Part shown: piece by piece, positions 27,983 through 38,924 of the stretch
How the letters are laid out: the number at the start of each line of letters is the position of its first letter
Numbering within the stretch: position 1 is the stretch's first letter
Assembly (NCBI RefSeq): GCF_963921235.1
Contig: NC_086097.1
Location: forward strand, 247,816,001 to 247,880,000
Length of the DNA: 64,000 nucleotides
Direction: 5' to 3'
Source of the DNA: Mobula hypostoma
Taxonomy: Eukaryota
Translations under genes and position numbers: made by a program
Notes under the pieces: generated by a model
What the model was told of the DNA's origin: nothing
The model's database searches: none
Seen by the model: only the letters and a program-made list of their open reading frames with translations

Positions 27983-28191
27983 AACACACATCAAAGTTGC
28001 TGGTGAATGCAGCAGGCCAGGCAGCATCTGTAGGAAGAGGTGCAGTCGACGTTTCAGGCCGAGACCCTTCGTCAGTCCTGAAACGTCGACTGCACCTCTT
28101 CCTACAGATGCTGCCTGGCCTGCTGCGTTCACCAGCAACTTTGATGTGTGTTGCTTGAATTTCCAGCATCTGCAGTATTCCTGTTGTTTGG
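27983..28191. mobile_element. Palindromic Penelope-derived non-autonomous element with hammerhead-ribozyme core and TSD
   Basis: 76-bp inverted arms (27983-28058 and 28077-28152, one mismatch), 18-nt spacer, flanking direct repeat ATATTAAGGAA (27974-27984 and 28192-28202). Confidence 0.85.
28043..28075 (-). ncRNA. Candidate minimal type I hammerhead ribozyme core
   Basis: Minus strand CTGACGA-AGGG-TCTCGG-CCT-GAAA-C-GTC-GACTG: CUGANGA box, short stem II, GAAA, palindromic ACGU stem III and a GUC cleavage triplet. Confidence 0.65.
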
Positions 28192-28950
28192 ATATTAAGG
28201 AAGATCAGATGGGCTGAATTGCAATTGCTACTATAACTATTCTTATGATATTCATGCCTTTGGATATACTGAAAAATTTATTAACCTCACAGCGTGACAC
28301 TTTACACAGATCGCTCTCTTGTCACTTTGCCTTCCTTAAGTTTTTCCACCAGCCCTCAATGCTAACACTGGAAAAAAATCCAAATGGATCTTGTTAAACT
28401 TGAGCCGTGCAAAGCCGTCCACAAATTTAACTCTGAACTTCATGTCCAATGCATGGAAATAAAACACATCCACCAGAGGGACAGGTGTGAAAGGGAGTTC
28501 TTTAAAAAAATAACTGGCAAGTCTCATATTTTCACATACTTCGCTTGATGCATAACTGTGTGATCTATTATTAATCTCAAATCATATAACAGCAGGGTTT
28601 TTAATCAAAGAAATTCCCAGTTTCTGACAGCATTAAATAATCCAGATTTATTCACTTCTGACAAGAATACATCAATAGAAATTCAACTATTTTGCCATAC
28701 TAAAAAAAACAGAAGTCTGATTTTTTCCCCTATTTTTTACATTGTATAGAGAATGTATATTCAGCAATCCTCAACAACATCACGAGCAAGTTCAAAGTAA
28801 CAGTAAAGTTAGATAAATTCCTTGATTCTTGTACAACCTCAATTACATAACATCAAAAAGAACAAGATGGCACAATCAGAGATATACTGTTGTTTTCTGT
28901 GTACCAGAGTTAATAACATCTATCAACAATCAGCTCAGTCCCTCTACAAA

Positions 28951-29030
28951 CAGGGGTTCCCCACCTGGGATCTGCAGACCTTTTGCTTCATGAAATTGGT
29001 CCATGGCATAAAAAAGGTTGGGAACCCCTG
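28951..29030. mobile_element. 80-bp hAT MITE (same family, opposite orientation)
   Basis: CAGGGGTTCCCCACC ... GGTTGGGAACCCCTG. Confidence 0.85.
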
Positions 29031-29505
29031 TGCTATGACAGAGTGCCTTAAACTGAAATTCACATCCAATAATGAAAGAAAAAAACAAGTTCCATACTGA
29101 CCACAGCAATAATCATTCAGAAATGGCAGGATTTCTCTGTCAAAATATTTGACAAATTATTGTGGATTATTTTTGTTTCTAAACACATCAAGACATTGCT
29201 GTTTGAAACAGAAGAAGATAGCAAGGCATAGCAGAGGACAGAACCTCAAAAGTATTTAAAAATAACAGAATAAAAGATGCCACAAGATGTGTCAATGGCT
29301 TCCTAACATTCGGTATAACATCAAAGTGCCATTGGGATAAAACTGATGGCCTGCAAATTGTAAATATTAGACTCAGACAGCTCTCCCTTAAGAATTCTAA
29401 GGTCAAATCTCAAGTCTGCCCAGGCAACATTTTGCCTATGTTTAAGTCTCTGGTTTTAAAAAAAGTTAACAATTTTCAGATGGTTTTGAATGTTTTGGAT
29501 AAGGA

Positions 29506-29584
29506 CAGGGGTGCCCAACCATTTTATATCATGGACACTTACCATTAACTGAGGGGTCTGTGGACCCCAGGTTGGGAATCCTTG
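29506..29584. mobile_element. hAT MITE (same family) inserted in a local tandem duplication
   Basis: CAGGGGTGCCCAACC ... GGTTGGGAATCCTTG. Flanks GATAAGGA / GGTGAGGT versus the empty paralogous site GGTGAGGA at ~29754. Confidence 0.85.
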
Positions 29585-29928
29585 GGTGAGGTACTTATTG
29601 ACGAAAAAATTGATTTTTTTGGGAAGAAATCTAAAATAAATTTGAGTGGCATTAAGATGAAAATCAGACACTGTGAAGGCAACATTTTATTTATGCTTAA
29701 GTCTCTGGTTTAAAAAAAAAGTTGAACATTTTCAGATGGTTTTGAATTTTTTGGGTGAGGAAGATATTGATGAAAAACTGGATGTTGAGGAGAACTACAA
29801 AATTAATTTGAGTGGCATTGAAATACTGAGGCTCACTGCTCAGGATTCTGTCCACTTCCTCCCAGCACCAAATTGAAAACAGAAGCAGATTCCTTTTCAG
29901 GGAACAGGAGTATTCAAAACAAACTCAC

Positions 29929-30103
29929 CGAAGAGCTTGCTGGGAGTGTCCTCGCTGTCGTTTAATTCCACAGGCACAAGCAGAGACTCATTTAACTCAT
30001 TGTCTGAAGTGGCCGCCTTGTCCTCACCTCTCGATTCTGCATTCATTTCCGCTCGGAGGGACGGCAAGGGCTTGCTCAGCTGCTGTCCAGAAATCATAGG
30101 ATC
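29929..30103 (-). CDS. POU6F2: POU6F2 coding exon 2 (175 nt, DPMISGQQLSKPLPSLRAEMNAESRGEDKAATSDNELNESLLVPVELNDSEDTPSKLF-G)
   Basis: Acceptor TTTTCTCTCTCCCAG|GATCCT and donor TTCG|GTGAGT. The peptide is nearly identical to recalled human POU6F2 DPMIAGQVSKPLLSVRSEMNAELRGEDKAATSDSELNEPLLAPVESNDSEDTPSKLFG. Lies within track ORF 29897..30148. Confidence 0.96.
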
Positions 30104-33100
30104 CTGGGAGAGAGAAAACGATGAGTGAAACAAGGTTAGCTTTGGCATACACTCTCCCCTTATCTAAGTCCCAGGCAGCTTCAGCTGCTATTGCTAGCTG
30201 TAGTCAAGTGAAGAGCTATTATAGATTCAATGAGTTTTCCATTACCCTCCGCCCTATTAAAGATCTACTAGCATGCAAGGGTTTCACTATGCTTTGTCAA
30301 AATACACTTTTCCAAGAAAAGCTGATTAAAGAAAACATGGAAATGCAGCCAGCATTTTATTGAGTATAAAGTCTATTTACATTTTCAAAAATTGTGTCAT
30401 CCTTGTCATCATCAGATAGAATGATTGCCTTTGCCCTGACTAGTCAAAAAATGGTTTCGCTCTTCACAGGCAGATTTCTAAGGAATGCTGCATGCTGGGA
30501 ATCAAATTCAATTTATAATAAAAACCCCCAATTCTGAACTTTTTGTTTTGCATTCCATATTTATAAACTACATGAATTGGTAATACCACAAGTTAGCTCA
30601 AAATGAAGTTAACGATTTCCCACCACTTCAGAGAAGATCTAACAAACGTACTAACTTTTAAAGTTCTCCTTCCTTGATTATTGTTTGACCTCTGTCAGGA
30701 AAAGCAGGCAAGGAAAGGGTAAATGACCTATTATTAAACTGTCTGACATTTACCTTTGATGGCTACTGCCGCTCTCGAAAACCTTCACTGATGAAAACTG
30801 GGAAGTACTAAACTCCCTGAGCTAACCCTCGTCTATTTATTACAAAGTTTATGCCTAAATGGCTCTAAGTGAAGAACAGGTTACTGGGATTCATTCTGAA
30901 CTAGGTAGAGCGCTGTGTCCACTCACCACATTGGTCGATGAATGCCTGTGGGTTTTTAAATATATTCATTTCTGAAAATAGTATTTGATATGACACATGA
31001 TAATCTATGAAAATGTTAATCAATAAAAATAGTTTAAGCTATCATCAAATGCACTCCTTCAGTCAATACTAATATTGCTGCAAACAATGTCACTGTCATC
31101 AGGGCTTAATTTGCACAGCACTTAAATATTGGACTATGTGATGGTCTTCAAAGAGGTAAACACATTTTCCTCTTTTTAGGACTGATGCACTCCACATGCA
31201 TTTAACTGGAGCAAATTCTCTCCTTTGAATACCTTGATAGGTCCACTGGAGGGCAAAATTAATACTTAATTGAATCTTGCCGTCATCAAAATAATCAATA
31301 CTTTTTTATTATTTATTCTTTACAGTCTGTTGACTATTTGAAACCTCATGGGGGGAGGCTGGAAAGGATTCATGATTTTAACATGCTGTTGTTAAACAAT
31401 ACAATTTTCAACGTGCATTATGTTTGGGCTTGTGGTAGTCTGACTGGGTTAAGTGCACGCACTGAAAAGAAATTAATTTCTGACATCTAAGTGCAAAAAA
31501 AAGAGTGGGGAAATAACCCGTAGCTGCACACATGGAAGAAGGTTGTTTCTGAAGCGTTTTATCATCCCAAGAGCAGAGCTGAGCTTTCATAATGCTGACA
31601 TTCCTCATTGTGACAATCTTAAACAAGTGGAAAAGGATGAGACCGAGAGATATCATCTTTCATTGCCATCCCTGCCTCCACAAACAACATGGCAGCATTT
31701 TTATGGTGTTAATTAATAAATAAAATTGATCCCAAATTTGGTTCTGAAGATAATCACACTAATATGTTTAATCCAATATCATGGGAGAGAAATACTAAAT
31801 AAAATTATTCTTCCGCTGCTTTGCGTACAGATGAACCTGTCACCACAGAGAGCCTTGTTGAAATGCTAGAGCCCAAGCAGTGGCATTTTCTAAAATCGAA
31901 GATCATTAAATTAACCTTTCGTGCTCCAAATGCCTTTCGTTGGATGTTCACGTCTGCGTTCCCAGTGTCCAATTTTATTTGCTTTTACAATGGTCTTCAC
32001 TAAGCTTTGCAGGCCAGCTCGAAGCAAGGAGCATAATCTCTCCCACAGAAACACCAACTAGCATCATACTGTTTACTTCAAGCTTGACCGTTAAAAACTT
32101 TCACAACTGGATATTAATTACTACCTCAAAGGAGAGTGCTGACTGCTGACGACATAAATGTCTACTCATGGCAAAATTAAGAACTTTGAAATGAGACCAC
32201 AAATTGATAGAAGATAGTGGGTTAAAATTTAACCGTATATAAATAAACAATGCATACAAAAAAAATTAATTGCGTTCAAGTCTAAGTTTATTGTCATTCA
32301 ACCGTACACATGTATACAGCTAAACGAAACAAAGTTCATCAGGGACCAAGATGCAAAATCAAGTACATACAGCACATAAAATTAATTTAATATTAACAGA
32401 TTTTTAAAAGAAGTATTCTATAGATGTAATCACGAGCACTAGCCTCCGTATCCAGGGCATCTTCAAGGAGCGATGCCTCAAAAAGGCAGCATCCATCAAT
32501 AAGGACCCCCATCACCCAGGTCATGTCGTGCTCTCATTGCTGCCATCAGGAAGGATGGACAGAAGCCTGAAGACACACACTCTACAATTCAGGAACAGCT
32601 TTCTCCCTTCTGCCATCACATTTCTGAATGGACATCACTACCTCACTTTTTTAAAATTTCTATCTTTGCACTATTTATTAAATTTAACTATTTAATATAT
32701 ACATATTAACTGTAATTCATGTTTTTTCCCCTCTAATATTACGTATTGCATTGAAGTGCTGCCGCAAAGTCAACAAGTTTCATGACATATGCCGGAGATA
32801 TTAAACCTGATTCTGATACAAGTGGACAGTTCCGCTGTGTTCACCGCTAGTGAAATATGCCAGTTACAACATGTTGTAAGAAAGATTCGAATCTGACCTA
32901 ATCGGACGTGAGGTTTAGTTATGGTCATGGTATACACGAGGTACTCACAGTGCATGCCATAGTCTCTTCCAAATGTGCAATAAAGTATTCCAGAACTGCT
33001 CTTGCTGGGAACACTTCACAGATTCAGCATAGCCTGCTGCACCCAGTGCCACTGAGCTCAATATCCTTTCAGTCGAGCTATTTGTCTAGCTTTCAGTAGC

Positions 33101-33984
33101 ACAGCAGAGTTCAATTGGTAATCCTTGGGCCAGGACAGCTGAATCACTTCGCTACCTATACAGTACGCCATTTTGAAGCTATTATACCTTTACACTGTCC
33201 TTTCATTGCAGTTTCTCTCGTCTTGCTGTGCAAAAACAAACTATGATGCAGATTTCTCTCACAGTTACAAAATTTGTATTGTTACAGAAATGACCTTAAA
33301 GTTTTAACTGTAAATATAAGGTGATTGAAAACAAATTGAATCCTTTTTGAACATGCTCATCTTGCAAAATGTTTTGATGCAACCCACTTCAAAAATAAAG
33401 TACAGAAACAATTTTATTTTTTTACTGCTTTACAAAACACACCACAGCAATGATGCTATATTCCATTCTATGCTGCTACCAAGGGATTTCTTGTCAAAGT
33501 CAACTTCCAAGGCTGTCTCGTGGGAATCGAGCTGTGCGCATTCTCATGAAAGGTGTGAAAATCTGATTTTCCAAAATGGATCAGTAATTCTCTATGAAGA
33601 AAAAAAACATAATCGATAAATCTTTGCTAAGTAGATTGCAAAGCAAAAAAAAAAAATTCTTCCATTGACAGCTCATTAGGAAACCTAAACCAAATGAAGC
33701 ACAGTGCTAGCAATGCACCTCCACACCAAGAGCGCTAGGTACTTGCACTGTGGTAACTGCTAATTGGAGTGCTTTACCACACTAATGAGAGACATGGTGT
33801 GCAATCTGTAAATCTGTCTGAAACAATATCGTGCTGATAATTAAGTTTAGACACAGATGACGGAATAAGCTACAAAAACAGGGTTACAGTGAGAAAGAGT
33901 TTGGCTGATCATGGTGTATTTAGTTGGTTCCCCTATATGTACAGGCTTGTGTGTTAAAAACAAAATAAAAATCACCAAATATTT

Positions 33985-34950
33985 AAGACCATATAGGAAC
34001 AGAATTAGGCTATTGGGACCACTGAGCCTGCTCTGCCATTTCATCATGGCTGATCCATTTTCCCTCTCAGCCCCAATCTCCTGCCTTCTTCCCGTATCGC
34101 TTCCTGCTCTGACCAATCAAGAATCTATCAATCTCTACCTCAAATACACCTAAAGACTTGGCCTCTAAAGCTGCCTGTGGCAACAAATTTCACAGATTCA
34201 CCACTCTCTGGCTAAAGAAATTGCTCCTCATCTCCATTCTAAGCGGACATCCCTCTATTCTGAGGCTGTCTTCAGTGGTCTTCACAGTGCACCACGAATA
34301 AACATGCATGGACTAATGTCTACTTTCACCTGTGGCACTGACATTGGAGAGGGTTCAAAGGAGGTTCACGAGAATCATGAAGGGCTAAGGTATGAGGAGC
34401 ACTTGTTGGCTCTGGGCCTGTTCTCACTGGAGTTTAGAAGAATGAGGGTAGATCTCATTGAAAACTATCAAATATTGTAAGATCTCGATAGGGTGAATGT
34501 GGCGAGGATGTTTCCAATAGTGGGGAAATCTAGGACCAGAGGGCACAGCCCCAGAATAAAAGGACGTCCATTTAGATCAGAGATATGGAGGAATTGGAGG
34601 AATTTCTTTAGCCTGAGAGTAGGGAATCTGTGGAATTCATTACCGCAGACATCTGTGGAGGCCAAGTCACCGGACATATTTAAACCAGAGGTTGATAGGT
34701 TCTTGAATAGTAAGGGCGTCAAAGGTTATGGCGAGAAGATAGAAGAGTGGGGTTGTGAGGGAAAATTGTTTAGTCATTTGCTATAAGAAAATTTAATCAG
34801 GGGAATAGGCCACTTGGTTCCTCCGGCCTGACCCAGCATTCAATATGATCGTGGCTGATCTACACTGGCATCACCTCTGCTTCTGTGCCAGTGCCCAATC
34901 ATCCTCAGTACCTCAATCTTCCAAATATTTATTCATCTCCACCGTAAACG
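33985..34950. mobile_element. Cluster of CR1 3' fragments in both orientations
   Basis: LERVQRRFTR, RMFPIVGKSRTRGHS, NLWNSLPQ and CR1 3' UTRs. Confidence 0.85.
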
Positions 34951-34964
34951 TCCAGCATGAGAGA

Positions 34965-35240
34965 GCAGGTGTTAGTGTAACACTATTACAGTGCTAGTGA
35001 CCTACAGTAGGTTTGATTCTGACACTGTTGGGAAGAAATGTGTCCATTCTCCCCGTGACTGTGTGAGTTTCCTCTGCGTGCCCAGGTTCTTCCCACATTC
35101 CAAACCTGTACAGGCTGGGGTTAGTAAGAAGCAGGTTGCAACTTTGGTGCAATTGCAGGCTGCCCCCAGCGCAGTCCTTGACGCAAACAACGTACTTCAT
35201 GGTATGCTTTGATGTACATGTTATAAATAAAGCTAATCTT
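34965..35240 (+). mobile_element. V-SINE (HE1-like), diverged
   Basis: TTCTCCCCGTGACTGTGTGAGTTTCCTC..TCCCACATTCCAAA and tail ATAAATAAAGCTAATCTT as in 10585-10905. Confidence 0.75.
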
Positions 35241-35439
35241 TAAGATATTTCTTGATACTCAGTGTAGCTGTTGAAGTAGCATTACTTTTATAATAATAAT
35301 TAAAAAATGTCCCAGCTACAATGGGAGATTGCATTTGGTATGTGTTTGCTCATTACTTGCTCAACTTTTATTTTCTGGTTTCTGTTGTATTTTTCTTAAT
35401 CCTCATTAGAACTGGAAAAGATTTAGGTGATACAGAGAA

Positions 35440-37120
35440 CAAGAGACCATAGCCTGGATTATATATGACATTGGTAAGGCCTAATTTGGAATATTGGGTG
35501 CAGTTTTGGTCACCTACCTGCAGGAAAGATATCAATAAGATTGAAAGAGTACAGAGAAAATTCACAAGGATGTTGCAGGACTTGAGTACCTGAGTTCTAG
35601 GGAAAGGTTGAATAGGCTAGAACTTCATTCCCTAGAGTATCGGGAAATGAGGAGGGATTTGACAGATGTATAAAAAATTATGAGGGGTATAGTCAGGGTA
35701 AATGCAAACATGGTGAGACTAGAACTAGAGGTCATGGGTTAAGGATGAAAGGTGAACTGTTTATGAGGGACATGAGGGCGAACTTCTTCAGAGAGAGTTG
35801 AGAGTGTGGAGCTAGCTGCCAGCATAAGTGGTGCATTCGAGCTTGATTTCAATGTTTAAGAGAAGTTTGGATAGGTGCATGGATGGGAGGGATATGGAGG
35901 GCTTTGGTCCTGGTGCAGATTGATGGGAGTAGGCAATTTAATAGTTTGGCATGCATCTCTTTCCTCAGAGGGATAAAGTTCAAACACTTGACTTCATCAA
36001 GGAACCCCACCATCCAGGCCATGCCCCCTTCTCGCTACTGCCATCAGGAAGGAGTTTCAGGAGCCTCAGGACCCACACCACCAGGTTCGGTAACAGTTAT
36101 CACCCTTCAACCATTAGGCTCCTGAACTACTTCATCTCTGAGCTGATTTCACAATCTAAGGACTCACTTTCAAGGATTCAACAATTCATGTTCTCAGTAT
36201 TATTTATTTATTACTTTCAGCTTGTCATCTTTTACACATTCTTTGTCGGTCTTTGTACGCAGTGTTTCATTGATTCTATCGTCTTACTTTGTCCTATTGT
36301 GAATACTTGCAGAAAATGAATCTCAGGGTAGTATAGGTAACAAACATACACTTTGATAATACACTTACTTTGAACTTTGAAGCATGCACTCATACCTAGC
36401 TTATGTCTGCTTGTTCTTCATGTTTACATCATTAACAATAACAGGCATGAAAGCAAATACAGTGACTTCTAATGGACAACTGAACCAGTGAAAAAAAACT
36501 CCACAGGCAAACTGCATTAATTAAAACTCATTAAAGCAAGGGTCTAATGCTGAGGCTTTCTAAGGCATGGGTCAGAGCTCACTTGGAGTATTGTGAGTAG
36601 TTCTGGGCCCCTTATCTAACAAAGGATGTGCTGGCATTGGAGAGGGTCCACAGGAGGTTCACGAGAACGATCCCAGGAACGTAAGGGTTAACCTATCTGG
36701 AGCATTTGATAGCTCTGGGCCTGTACTTACTGCAGCTTAAAAGAATCTGGGAGGATCTCACTGAAACCTATTGAATACTAAATGGCTTAGATAAGGTAGA
36801 TATGTAGAGGATGTTTCCAAGCGTGGGAAAGTCTAGGATTGGAGGGTGCAGCCTCAGAGTAGGGGATGTCCATTAGAACAGAGATGAGCAGGAATTTCTC
36901 TAGTCAGAGGGCGGTGAATCTGTGGAATTCATCACCACAGACAACAGTGGAGGCCGAGTCATTGGGTATATTTAAAGCGGAAGTTCAGGGGTGCCAGGGC
37001 TGGTGGTGGAGGCAGATACATTAGGGGCATGTAAGAGACGCTTTTCGAAGAGCTTAGACGAAAGGAAAATGGAATGCTATGTGGTAGGGAAGGGTTAGAT
37101 CAATCTTGGAGCAAGTTAAG
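35440..37120 (+). mobile_element. CR1 3' fragments (35440-35950 and 36530-37120) with an intervening Rex1-type 3' fragment
   Basis: LVRPNLEY.VQFWSP, IERVQRKFTRML, LERVHRRFTR motifs. Confidence 0.8.
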
Positions 37121-37859
37121 TGTTGTCCAGAATAAGAAGGTGGGGAGGCCCGAGGAGAGGAGTACGAGCTGGTGGAAGATCGCAGACTGATCCGCTGAGA
37201 GAGCATCTCACTGAACTCCCATCAAAGAGAAGGTATAAAATTCTTCAGGGTAGGCATCCCTCGAAGAGACCGCACAGTCATCAACACAAGAAAATCTGCA
37301 GATGCTGGAAATCCAGAGCAACTCACACAAAATGCTGGAGGAACTCAGCAGCTCAGGCGGCATCTGTGGAGAGAAATAAACACTTCCACACTTTGGGCTG
37401 AGGCTCTTCATCAGGACTGGGGAGGAAGTGGGAAAGATGTCACAGAACGAAGTGTTCAGGGATCAGCAGGTCCTGGTGTGGTCAATGCCGAGGAGCAAGG
37501 CCCAAGGGTTGAATTGCAAGTCCAGATGTGGAGGCCCATTGACTGCAGCCCTCTGCCAGTCCACTAGGGAAATCGATCTCAAGTCGGAGTCTGCTGGAGG
37601 CCGAAGGTGGCCTGTCCTAGGCTTAGAGGACAGCTCTATAAAACTCTGGCTTGACTACATGGGGAATATTGAGTAGGTTCTGGTATGTATGTGTGAGGGT
37701 GGGAGGGAGGAACGGGGCTTGTTTTGCTGTTGTTATTTGGTTGCTTGTTGTGTTCTGCGTTGTTCTGCTGGGTATTGTGGGAATGCTATGTTGGCACGAG
37801 GATGCCTGGTAATGCTTGTAGGCTGCCCCCAGCACCCCCCGGGTCTTTAAGAAAGATTT

Positions 37860-38120
37860 ATTTTTATTTACTTACTGAGATTCAGCGTGGAACAGCCCTT
37901 CCGGCCGTTTGAGCCACACTCTGCCCAGCAATCACCCAACTTAATCCTAGCCTAATCATGGGACAATTTACAAGGAACTAATAACCTACCAACCGGTACG
38001 CCTTTGGATTGCGAGAGGAAACCAGAGCACCCAGGGAGAACGTGCAAACTCTTTACAGACAGTGGCGGGAATTGAACCCGGGTCACTGGTACTATAAAGC
38101 ATGCTAGCCTCTGCTCTGCC
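37860..38120 (-). mobile_element. V-SINE (HE1-like)
   Basis: Minus strand GGTTCAATTCCCGCCACTGTCTGTAAAGAGTTTGCACGTTCTCCC. Confidence 0.8.
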
Positions 38121-38427
38121 GATAACACAGCTGATGCACTCCACTAGTTTCGATGTAGATGAGATGTGTTGAATCCTTTCTCCAAGAAGTGGGATGGCAG
38201 TGCAAACCTGTAGTGAATCAGTAATTTGGACAAAAAATTAACTTTGAGATTTCTGGAGTTATGCTGCTCAGTGCCACACTAAAAGATACATTCACAACAT
38301 CAAAGACTTACATTTGAATGGCACCTTTTAAATATCATAAAGACTATCTAGGTTGGTCTCAGGAATCCAAACAAATCAAAATTAACACCAGATCAAAGAA
38401 TGTAATATTCGAAGTATTCCTGTGCCG

Positions 38428-38865
38428 ACATGTCGGTCCCTGGCCTCCTCTTTTGCCAAGATGAGGCCACTCTCAGGGTGGAGGAGGCAACACTTTATAT
38501 TCCCTCTAGGTAGCCTCCAACCTGACAGTATGAATATTGATTTCTCCTTCCGGTAAATCCCCCACCTCTGCCACCTTCTTCTATTCCCCACTCTGCCTCA
38601 CCTTCCCCCTGTACTCCTCGTCTTCCCCTTCACCCTTGGTCCACTCTCCTCTCCTTTCTCTCCAGCCCTTTACCTTTCCCATCTGCCTGGCTTTATTTAT
38701 CACCTTCCAGATAGTCCACCTTGCCCCTCACCCCACCTTTTTATTCTGACATCTTCTCCCTTCCTTTCTAGTCCCGATGAAGGTTTCGGCCTGAAACATC
38801 AACTATTTATTCGTATCCACAGATGTCACCTGATCTGCTGAGTTCTTCGAGCATTTTGTGTGTAA
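38428..38865 (+). mobile_element. Penelope-like element 3' end: GIY-YIG C-terminus plus terminal repeat with degenerate hammerhead
   Basis: MSVPGLLFCQDEATLRVEE/HFIFPLGSLQPDSMNIDFS* (PLE pattern R.EE..LI..LG.LQP.G.N), then a pyrimidine tract and TAGTC-CCGATGA-AGGTTTCGGCCT-GAAA-CATC-AACTA. Confidence 0.82.
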
Positions 38866-38924
38866 AATCTCTTGTGTTTAACATTTAAAATAATTCATAT
38901 AGGCAGATCAAAAGAAGACAGGAC

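Noticed and set aside
28336..28527. 63-aa minus-strand ORF in unique sequence
   Set aside because: No recognisable homology or convincing splice sites; more likely non-coding, possibly conserved, DNA.
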